A stretch of DNA of 61,812 nucleotides, the filler included, from Bipalium vagum (Eukaryota), in assembly GCA_037834085.1 (NCBI GenBank). It is 3 parts of 3 records of this genome, joined end to end, with 100 filler letters (N's around TTAATTAATTAA, not from the genome) between each part and the next. Parts side by side here need not be neighbours in the genome. Positions count along the whole stretch, not along the records: positions 1 to 21,654 come from JBBMKC010234164.1; positions 21,755 to 44,400 come from JBBMKC010218465.1; 1 more part is not named here. One strand, written 5' to 3'. Every line of letters starts with the position of its first letter. The stretch's first letter is position 1. Of this stretch, positions 12,701 to 23,013 are shown piece by piece. Below the pieces are notes generated by a model that was not told the origin of the DNA, searched no databases, and saw only the letters and a program-made list of their open reading frames with translations. Both the position numbers and the translations under genes were made by a program.

Positions 12701-14502
12701 GTTTCTTCATTGACATTAATTTTTCAATTTTTAAACTTAATTTTGATTCCCTAACAAAAATAACGAGAGTTTTTGATAAAATTATTTTTATAAAATAATT
12801 AATTTTATAAAATGAAATTAATATAGTAATAATAATGATAAGAATTTGAAAAAAATTGTCTGAAATTGATTCCATAATGATATTGACTTCAAAGTGAGTT
12901 ACCAGGTGAATGAAAGCAGAAATACGATTGAGGGAAGTACGCCACATTGTATGGCCATATAAGCCATAATGATCTTTACGATCTCCTCGGATCGTAACGA
13001 AGAAGTGGTACAGAATAGTTCGAGTAAATTAGCCAGTCGTCGACGATATTTTCTGACATCTGTGTGAACAGAATCGGCACGATTTTTCTCACTGAAATTT
13101 TGTTGAACTTATTTTTGTTCGCTGAAATTGAATTTAACATACTTGCTGCACTGAAATTCATATTTTTAATATGGCACTTTTAATAAAACTGAAGATTTTT
13201 CTCTATGAAAAGTATGAAAATCTTTATATCGAAATTTTAGCTTCCTACTAAAATAAGGTTACACAGTGAATTTTCAAGAATCAATTATAAAAGTTCAGTC
13301 CTCTTTATTATTATTGTGAAGTTACTTTTGATCGATTAGTTTGTCACAAGTATAGTATAGATTTTGCAATAATTCAATAAAAAACATGTTGTATTTTATG
13401 GATATATAAATTATTAATTATATTAATTATTAGTATTATATTAATTAGTGATATTTCTGTGTTTCAGGGTGTAAAGATTTGAAGCTAATATGACATTTAT
13501 AAAAATTTTTCATTTATTAAGAAATTATTGCATTATATGCCTTAATTTAAACAAATAGGTGGAAATCGTAAAGAAGATATATCAAAAACACTTGAAGAAC
13601 AAAGACAATCGAAAAAGCCTCGCTTAGTATTTACAGATATTCAGCGCAGGACTTTACATGCAATTTTCAAAGAGACCAAGCGTCCAAGCAAAGAAATGCA
13701 GACCACCATTGGCCAGCAGTTAAATCTCGACGTGTCTACCGTTGCAAATTTCTTTATGAATGCCAGACGTCGATCTGTTGATAAATGGCAGGAAGACAAC
13801 ACTGGTGATGTCGACTCTGTTATCGACTCGAATAATAATTCAGACTCCATCCAAGACGTTAGCTGCATTTCCCAAAACCATAATTCATTGACTAACTGTT
13901 CCATGCTGAATGACACTCATGAGTTGACTAAATCAACGGAAAAGTCTCTCTTGAATGAAAACTGCTTTTTGAATTCTTCGACTAATTTCTACGATAAGTC
14001 TCTTCACGATTTCAATGGCAACGAGAATGTCTCAACAATGGTAACAAGTGAAAAAATCAAAGGCACGGATAGTACGCTGCTGTTGTCGGTGGTTAATGAA
14101 TCCAAAGTGTCGTTGGATTCTGCTATTTCCGATGTTTTATCTGATTCCTTGACCAACCTACCGTTCACCAGTTCGACAAATAGCAACAAATCAACGATTC
14201 ATTCAGATATCAATCACAACAACATTGGTCTTTATCATTATCGACAAAAATTTTCACATTCTCCCTTATCAAACGATGGGGACAATGTTGATACATCGAT
14301 CAGAGATGTTGACAATGATGGAGATGACTCTTTACACCATGAAGACGAAATGCTTACAGAGCTACGTACAAATTCCGTTACGGATTTCTTTGATTCAACA
14401 AATCCTCAGACTCCATCGTTCGATGATGTGTACGAAGACGTTGACGATGAGACAGATTTATATGAATCGACCATGCATTTTTCTAAAACCTGTAATAAAT
14501 AA
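3765..14502 (+). CDS. onecut: Onecut (HNF6-like) CUT + homeodomain transcription factor, 4 exons, ~680 aa
   Basis: Hand-spliced join(3765..4545,7680..7777,12477..12696,13559..14502); all introns GT-AG, phases 1,0,1 consistent. CUT domain DLNTK|NLAQRISAELKRYSIPQAVFAQRVLCRSQGTLSDLLRNPKPWSKLKSGRETFRRM; homeodomain KKPRLVFTDIQRRTLHAIFKETKRPSKEMQ...VANFFMNARRR with onecut-diagnostic F48/M50. The Asn-rich exon 1 is assigned by phase and position only. Confidence 0.93.
8175..8640 (-). mobile_element. Highly decayed Tc1/mariner-family fragment (onecut intron 2)
   Basis: CAGTG-type end at about 8175; the minus strand gives FQRYSATVH, resembling the FQQDxAPxH catalytic motif. Boundaries are approximate. 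Confidence 0.35.
9860..10110 (+). mobile_element. mariner 3' fragment
   Basis: Translates to NYLKGNNFHNVDDVINSVIEF, resembling the mariner C-terminus, followed by a TIR-like end. Confidence 0.35.
11154..12318 (+). mobile_element. Decayed full-length mariner (DD34D) with imperfect TIRs
   Basis: Left ccttaaactcatacagaat (~11174-11192) is nearly the reverse complement of right atttctgtatgagtctaaagg (~12282-12302). Relics of WVP, SVFWD, LLHDN and NLAPSD occur in order over ~1.17 kb. Confidence 0.65.
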
Positions 14503-16012
14503 TCCCAAGCTCTAGGAATATATTTATTTTATCACTGCTTTTATATTTTTAAAATAAACTTGTTATGTGCCTCAAATTTATTATTAAATGCTGCCGAATC
14601 TTTTGTATAAAGTCAATTTTCTTTTGTCGTCTGTGTATTGTGACTCTGGTGTCATCGTTTTTAAAATCCTGAATTATGTATATTATTATTATTATTATCA
14701 CTACGACGTTTTAATGGTGCTGTGCTTTATTGTTATTTAGATAAGTTTTCTGAGCTGCGCCGCATGCAACACAGATTTTTAAAATATCTCCCAATATTTG
14801 GTTGGACAGTTTTATTTTATGTTTATATTTTTCAACTTAGTTTTTTGAAATATTTAAGAAATTTTGCAGATTTATGAAGAGACTTTATAATTTGTGACAT
14901 GTACCCCATTGTTATTATTGTTATTATTATTATTTGCTGTTGTTGTTTTGCCATTTCACTCATTTTTTGTTGGTTTCAGGTTTTATTTTATTTTGAACAC
15001 AGAAATTTAATGGGAATGTTCATTGAGAAAGAATATTATCAAACGTTTTTGCTACAGTGATCTTTGTGGACGAGTTTTTGTTTATCTAGATCTCATTGTT
15101 TTCTGTCGTACATGCCGGGCATGACACTCATAGGAAAGATAATCTATGTATATTGTTCAGACTTTGATATAACTATTTAACGCAGTGTTATCGTAACGTT
15201 AATTTTTTTTAATTACGTGAAATAAAATTTATAATTTTCACTGATTTTATTTTGAGTTTTTTATTGTGGATATTCAGAATGATGGTTGTCATGTGTGGAA
15301 AATTATTTTTATAACTCGGATAATTGTTATTTTATTTTAGCTTGTCAAATAAAAATTATTAAGAGACTCAGGACCCATTTTCAGTGGTACAACGTGTCGT
15401 TTCTACATTTTTGAAAGGTGGTAAAGCATGCGAAGTTGGTTTCAGACTTTATATTACGTTAGAAATATTTTATGGTTCAAGATTTAGAAAATGTTCATCA
15501 TAATAGTATAATTATTATACACATGGCTATTTGTGCATGTCTGACATTCTTAACATAGTCTACGAATTTAAAATATCTCGCAGATTATTTCACTAATGAA
15601 ATATGTGAAAACTATAAACTTTCCTTTTGAGGTTATTTAAGTAATCCTTTCTTTCAAATAACAAAGGTTTAAAAAATATTTTAAAAACGTCTCTCTGTCA
15701 ATCTTTTACTAAAGAAATTAAATCAGATAAATGTTTTTATCTTTAATTAATATCAATAAAGTTAAAATATTTTAACTGTCTAATTTAACGGGGAAAATCG
15801 TGAATTTTTCTTAATTTTATAATAAAAAATGGAAATGGAGGTTCAGTAATCAGAGGCGTTAAATGCCATTTATCGCATTTTATAAATTCATTTTGTTGGC
15901 ATAGGTTAAAGATTGACAGGATCAGCTTTTTAAATAATGATACTTGAGATATTTAGAAATTCAACTTGAAGATTTAAGTTATATTTAAGCATAAACAGTG
16001 ACAGTGGAGCGA

Positions 16013-17830
16013 CTAATCGAGCTCTAATCCGATTACCATCAGTGCTGCAAATAATGTCATTATCATTTTTTGATTTAGATTTATCAAATGATCCGGTAGC
16101 ACAAAGGCAATAGCTCCGATCTTTCTTGCCATTGTTACCGCATAGCTGGAGTCTTTTTCTTTATCTCCACAAATCAATCGGTAATCCACTGAGCCAGGTT
16201 TAATGGAATCTATAAGATCCAGAACCGGAATTGAAGTTGTGATACTTCTGTCTTTAAAACTAGATATTCGGGATTTCTTATTTCCCTTTTCAAGTTTTTT
16301 ATTAACCCAACTTATTATATCTTTATCTTCTATGGGTTTTCCATTTCCACATAGTTTTTCTAATACTTTAATAGTATTATATCTCATCATTTGGAAACAC
16401 AGTCCAAGAATGTAGACTTTGTCAATATTTCTGATGTTTTCTCCAGATATATCTTGAATTTTAAGGTGACATCTTTTACCGGCCTCTATGACCTCATTAC
16501 AATTTCCTTGTACTTGAAATAATTTCTGTTTGACATCAAAGTTCTTTACGACCTTTGTCCAATCAACACATCCAGGATTAAGTTTATCAAAAATATATAA
16601 GAAAACAAGACCATCAGTTGTATCATAATAAAACGAATTCACGTGGGTTATAATACCTTGTGAGTTTATCCAGTTTCTGTACGTTTTCTCCTCTAAGGTT
16701 TCTTCAATAATTTCGACCATAATATCTGTTTTCATTTCTTCTAATGCTGGGTAACTGTTAAACAAATTGGCAATAAAGGCCAGATTTAGCTTATCTCTGT
16801 TCTTGCCTTTAACATTGGCATTTATGATGTCTTCAATATTAACGAAAACCTTTGAGTTTAATTTTGCAGCGTTTTTCAAAACCAATTCTGCTCGTAGAAC
16901 TGGATCACTGATGCTCATTATTTCTTCGGGAGATGTCAATAATGCCTTCTTATCATCAGGAGCGATTTGATGTAACAAATAAATGTAGGCTTCACAGTCC
17001 ATCACGTCTTCTTTAAAATTACGAATTCTTGTGTTACAACCAGATTTCTGCAATTGAAAGTTGACCCACCTTATCAATAGTTCTTCGGGAGACAATTTCT
17101 TAAGATTCTCAATAGATTCACCAGAGTTTAATAGCGAAGCCAAGTTTGGATTGTACACTAAATTTATGTGACTCAGGAGTCCTGAGCGAATTATCTGCCA
17201 TATCAAGCCTAGCATTATATGCTTGGTACCGTCACCAATATCTCCGGGACCAATATTTACAACACAACATCCTATAGAAGCCGCTGAATTTATTGCCAAA
17301 ACCAAGTTTTCTTGTTTCTTGAAAAGGCTTTTCAAAGAATCTCCTTTATTCAATGCTCTTTCGTCTATTGTCTTTGGAACTGCTTTATTAATTAATTTGC
17401 AAAGAAGTAAGCCATCCTTGCATTTGTTATAAATATCTTCATTCATGTTACTAAAAGGAAGATAGGCCTCCTTCAAATCAGGATCTTCTTCTAATAATTT
17501 GGTTATCCATTCCGAGTAACCTCTTTCTTCAGAAGAGCTCACAGTGTGTCTGGTATCAAAATCTTGATTTGTGGAATATATCTGAAATAAATGATCAAAT
17601 TTAATTAAGTAATGAAAAGTTTTAAATGATTAAATTTGATATGTAGTAAAGTAGTCACGTATTTCTACGTTTCAATTAAGAGATTACTTTTTTCTGTTTA
17701 CTTTATTTGGTCTCACAAATATAAATTAAATAAATAGGAAATATGATATAAAATCATGTAATTATTTTTCAAAAAATTGAGTAGTAAAATATTATTAATT
17801 AGCAAATTCAATTTTTCAGAGTGAATTCAA

Positions 17831-17890
<60 letters not shown>

Positions 17891-19714
17891 TTTGATTGTA
17901 ACAAATATTATTAATCATAATATGACTTAAAAGGTTTTTCTCTTTGAATTTTTATTAATATTTATTTAATTAGTAATATTTTGAATATAAATTTAACATA
18001 TAAAATCTAAGATATGTCAAGCTTTTCTGCACAAATAATGGTCTGCACAGAAGAAATTCGATTGTGATTCAAAAATAAAATAATATTATCCATAAATAAT
18101 TTGTCTTCATAATGTCAGTTTTTGCAGAATTAATTAGGTCCAAAAAATCAATAAATTTTTGATGAAACATTATACACAAATTATCCGTGGAATGTACCCA
18201 CAAGTAATTATCGAAACAATTTTATGAAGAATTAGTTAATTAATAAAAGAGCTTAGAAACATCAATTCCCGGATAACGGAAAATCCATGATTCGTTCTGA
18301 ATTTAATACAAATCAATAGGCTTATGAAATATATACAGGGAAATGAAATCAGGTAAATGCATGACAGTGATCATTACTCTCTTTCAGATAAGAGACCACA
18401 AAATATTTATGGTTACTTATGTTATTTCTGTTGATGTGCCTATTATTAATAATATTCATTTATTTATATTTATCATTAAATATAATAGATCAATCAAAAT
18501 AAAAAATAAATAATTGAAGATCTCATGATGTGATAATTTAATTTAATTACCAAGTATTATTATTATTATTATCAATATTATCATTATTTTTATTATTTAT
18601 TCTTGTTATCAATATTATTATTATCTTTATTACTATCACCTTTGTTATTATTTTCTTTATTATAAATATTATGATTATGATGATGATGATTATTATTATT
18701 ATTATTATTCCATGATTAAATATGAAAAAGTATTAATAAAAAGGAGTTTTAATATTAAATTGTTTTAAAAAATAATTTAAGAATAACTTTTTTTAACAAT
18801 GATTATGAAAGGAAGATTGCAATATTATTTATTTATGTTACATTACGTTTCCATTTGATAGTGACAAATAAAAACCCATCAGAGCACCTTTACTTCATTG
18901 TCCGTCTAAGTAAATGAGACACCACTCTTTGCTAATTAACTGTACAAAAGTTATTAATATCAGTTATTATTTTTAAAAGAAATTTAATAAAGACTTTACA
19001 AATGAAAATGAGGTAAAGATTTTTTCTGCTTGATGGTTTTACCATTTTTGAAATTTTTGATTTCTTTAAAAAATAATAAAATAATCTATCAAATTGAATG
19101 ATTAAAAAAAATATAAAATAAAAATGTTATATTTTTTACATTTTTATTTTATTTTATATATTTTTTTAAAATTTGACTATTGGAATTATATTTACAAATT
19201 TTTAATTTTAACACAAATTAATTTAATAAAATGTTATAAAAATATCCGAGGTCAATGTTACAGAATAAATAATTTTCAATTAAATTAATTATAAAAGAAC
19301 TTAATTTATTCATTGATACTTGCTGAATGAAATTTACTAAAAATTTCAAATCACAGAAAAATGTTACAGAATTTTTAATAAACATAAAGAATAAAATAAA
19401 AACTAATATAAAAATAATAAAAAAATTTTTAAAAAAACCTTCAAATCATCCTTTTCGGGTGACGTATTCATCATGGACAAAACATTGCTAACAATTGAAT
19501 CCTTTTTCAAAACCATCAAGATCTCTTCAAAGTTCTTCAGGTCCAGTTGGACCTGGTTGCCGAGGCTTCTTTCAATTTCGTCGAGCTCCATCTCTGACAA
19601 CTGCAAACCTACGATTTCGAAAGCCGTTCGAAGGGAGGAGACGTGAATGCAGCCCTTTTCACTGTATTCCGGAATGCGAACGTTCAGCTCATTGATCAAT
19701 TCTAAAGGCAACAT
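16013..19714 (-). CDS. PLS: Plastin/fimbrin actin-bundling protein (degenerate EF-hand headpiece + 4 CH domains), 2 exons, ~614 aa
   Basis: complement(join(16013..17581,19439..19714)), phase-0 GT-AG intron. Plastin motifs DGLLLCKLINKAVPKTIDERA, IGCCVVNIG, LGLIWQII, LSPEELLIRWVNFQL, KLNLAFIANLFN, ETLEEKTYRNWINS, YAVTMARKIGA. Confidence 0.95.
17833..17890. repeat. (TAA)n microsatellite
   Basis: Perfect run of about 19 units. Confidence 0.95.
18020..18400 (-). mobile_element. Possible decayed Penelope-like reverse transcriptase fragment (plastin intron)
   Basis: The minus strand yields DFISLY (cf. DvxSLY) and FMDNIILF (cf. YxDD motif); heavily disrupted. Confidence 0.25.
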
Positions 19715-21582
19715 ATCGAAAAAATGATAATGAGATTGCTAATGAAATCCATTTATATGACGATTATTCTGATATGCATAACAATGTGCATACAACGAAT
19801 ATACGAATAATTTGTTTCGATTATGTGTATCCATTACATCTCAACGGATATTATTTCGAGGTCTCGAAAATAATTCGACATCAAAAGTGTTGAAACACTC
19901 TCAACATTTTCGTACACCAACGTTATCATTAGTGGAACATGAAGAACATTCGTTGCAGTGTCATTATGATAATAAACATTTATTTTTTATTTAATTACAA
20001 TTACAATTGGTTTCGCTATTTCATAATTGATGAAATTTAATTGCTCTTTGATTAGGCAATCGAAATAAAGGAAATTATTTTATTTGTTGTAATGAGTACA
20101 ATTACAATATCAGTCAAGAAGATTATTATTATTAATTTTTTTATCAATATTATTATTAATGTTTTTATTAATATTATTATTAAAATTATTATTAATATTA
20201 TATCATTATTATATTATTATTATTAATTTTTTTTTATCAATATTATTATTAATATTATATCATTATATTATTATTATTATTATTATTATTAATATTTTAA
20301 TAATTATTATCAGACCTCATTTAGAATAAGAAAAGACAATATTCATAACATTTTCTCGTTTCAGACTCAAGATTCTTTTAAATGATAATCAATATATAAT
20401 ATTATATTTTTGGAAATATCCGTAAATTTCAATAAATAAAGTAGTTTTTTGCGCGTATTTCCACTTCGATTTTCTTTGTGAAAATGTAAAGTTTTTTATT
20501 AAAAGAAAAAAAATAATTGAAATTTATCATGAGAACTAAAAACTTTTTAACCTTGATTTCATTATTAAAGAAATTATTTCAAATCTTATTTTTATTTCCA
20601 ATTTATTTAATAATTAAAAATAATTAAAAATGTTCACAATACCTTTTAATTTCACCTTCTTAAAACTACCTCAATTCTTAAACACGAATACGTTTATAAA
20701 TTGGCTTTTTAATGAAAGGCTATGGTGTTATTTATGAAGATAAGAACCACCATTTATTTATGTTTCAAATGGAACGTTATCCATCCCATTTTTCCAACAC
20801 AAACGATAAATGATCATAATTAATTCGGTTGTGAAATCGAAGATAATTGAAGATGGTTAATCTCCGATATTTGAGTCCGTTGAACAAAGGGTACCGAAGA
20901 GCGCACAATTGGGTATCGCATTTCACCATGATGACAAAAGTCACCGAACGATGAGAATATTTCCACTCATTCTGATAATGCGCAATCAAACAAAAAATGT
21001 TGACAGATTTTAAGTAAAACTTTATAAAATTAAGAAAATCTTCATTATTTAATAATAATTTTTAAAAAAATAATTATCCGATGAGACGATGGATGACGTC
21101 ATCATTGCTCTGTAAAATGAAAAAACGAAAATATTTGTTTAAAGAAATTTCTGTTGGAAAATATAAAACTGTACAAATAATATAAAATTTCCCCAATGAC
21201 ATTTTAGGCCAGAGTGGCCAAAGCAGCCAAAAGCAGCCAAAAGCAGCGCAGAGTGAATGCCAAAAAATGCATTTCAAAGTTGATAGTTTTATTTTTTTTG
21301 TCCGCGTTATCATTTCAATGTTCTTGGTTTTGCTTTTGTCATTGTTTGACTTTATTTGTTATTATATCATTTGAAGCTGAGAAAATAAATAATTTCTACA
21401 ACTCATTTTCACTTCCAAACAGCATAAAATGCTCACTGATATGAAAATAAATATTTATTATCATCTTTTTTCATGCGGACGTACGTGTCTGCGTATTCCA
21501 GAAATAATCGCACATATTCCGTTGAATTCCTGTTTTATTATAAAGAAATTATATTTTTATTTTAAGATTCATCATATTATGT

Positions 21583-21594
<12 letters not shown>

Positions 21595-21654
<60 letters not shown>
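21595..21654. repeat. (TTA)n microsatellite at a contig end
   Basis: Run abuts the gap; it produces the poly-Ile ORF. Confidence 0.95.
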
Positions 21655-21754
21655 NNNNNNNNNNNNNNNNNNNNNNNNNNNNNNNNNNNNNNNNNNNNTT
21701 AATTAATTAANNNNNNNNNNNNNNNNNNNNNNNNNNNNNNNNNNNNNNNNNNNN
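21655..21754. other. Artificial scaffold spacer (44N-TTAATTAATTAA-44N)
   Basis: Exactly 100 bp with a six-frame-stop 12-mer in the centre; identical layout at 44401-44500. Confidence 0.95.
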
Positions 21755-22129
21755 CTGATCTAATCTTGGCAATTTGGGTTTGCCATTGTCAAGATTAGAT
21801 CCTTTTTAGAAATAATTAATTGCCCCTTTTTTATTTAGATGTACTTTATAATTAATTAATTAATTATTATTATTACTATTTTATTATTATTATTATTTCT
21901 CACCCTCTTGCGGTCTTAATAATTAATTGATAATAATAAATTTAAACCCTATGGTGGTTTCTTTCCTATACTTTACAAGGGTTGTCAAGGATGTGTCCTT
22001 GGCTAACCCAACAAATATAAGGATTTCTTTCTTTTTTGTAGTGTTAGTTTGAACCGTTTAGATTTTTCAGGCTTCATTTTAATGTGCGCTTAAAGACTTA
22101 ATCTTTTATTATTTGAACAATTTTTTAAT

Positions 22130-22297
22130 TTGACTTAATATAGAGGTAATTTTAAATGTGTGGCCTAAATCCTTGACGTAATAGAGAAATCACATTCTAT
22201 AAAGATATTTTTGTTAAATTCTACTTATATATTTTTAATTGTAATACCAAATGAGGTTATATAGAATGTGGCTGTTTTTTAAAGAGGTTCGACTGTA
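22130..22297. mobile_element. pogo/Tigger-like terminal fragment
   Basis: Ends in gaggttcgactgTA, the reverse complement of a CAGTCGAACCTC pogo/Tigger-type TIR plus TA. No partner TIR found. Confidence 0.4.
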
Positions 22298-23013
22298 TTC
22301 TACGAAAAGATTATCAGAAACCTAGAAAATTAATAATACATCGGCAGAACCTAAGCCAACTTTTCATAAAAAATGACACTAAAACATCATTTGAAATAAT
22401 ATAAATCTTACTCCCAAGATTTTATCCAAAAACTATTTTAAGTTATCTGGATCGATAGTTTTTCAAAATTCGCATCTAAGAGAATTCTCAATAAAACCTT
22501 AAACCATAAAACTACAGGTTAGATTGTGTTAGGAAAACAAAACAGGATAGCACAACTTGAATTTTAGTGATGCGTTGATTTAATTTGTATAGTATGATAG
22601 GACCAAGACGTGAACCTTAAGTTTCTATTTCAAATGTTAACCATCATTAATGATGTACGGTACCATTAAAATAACGTTACTCATAAATAATTAATATTAC
22701 ATTAGAAAAAATACTAATTTACTTGGTTTCTAAATTTATTTTTACAAATCCACTTTTATGCGATGAAGTGTTTGTTAGTGTCTAGATGGGTTTGTCTGCA
22801 CAGTTACAGAGGGTTACAGAGAAGTGTAAATTCTAAAAACTACGAATAAAAAACGCGATTAATAAAATAAGGTATAGTCCACCAATTTTTAACATTTCCA
22901 CCTGGATAAAATTTTAAATTATCTGAAGGAAATTCGCAATTTGAAGTTCTAATTAAAAAAAACAGAAATACGTTTTTAATCAATAAAAAATCATTTTGGA
23001 AAGTCTGAAAATC

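Noticed and set aside
12959-12961. TAA reassignment suggested by lone in-frame TAAs (also near 21204, 44220, 48230)
   Set aside because: Confident exons contain no in-frame TAA, and onecut, the BTB gene and SCAP all terminate at TAA.
21699-21710. TTAATTAATTAA islands inside N runs (also 44445-44456) as a biological repeat
   Set aside because: The identical 44N-12-44N layout with stops in six frames marks an artificial contig linker.
21429-21710. Poly-Ile ORF and X-containing ORFs near 54552-54873
   Set aside because: Artefacts of the microsatellite and N gaps.
21940-22012. Telomerase RNA template (CTAACCC)
   Set aside because: Only 7 nt match, no 1.5-repeat template and no pseudoknot evident.
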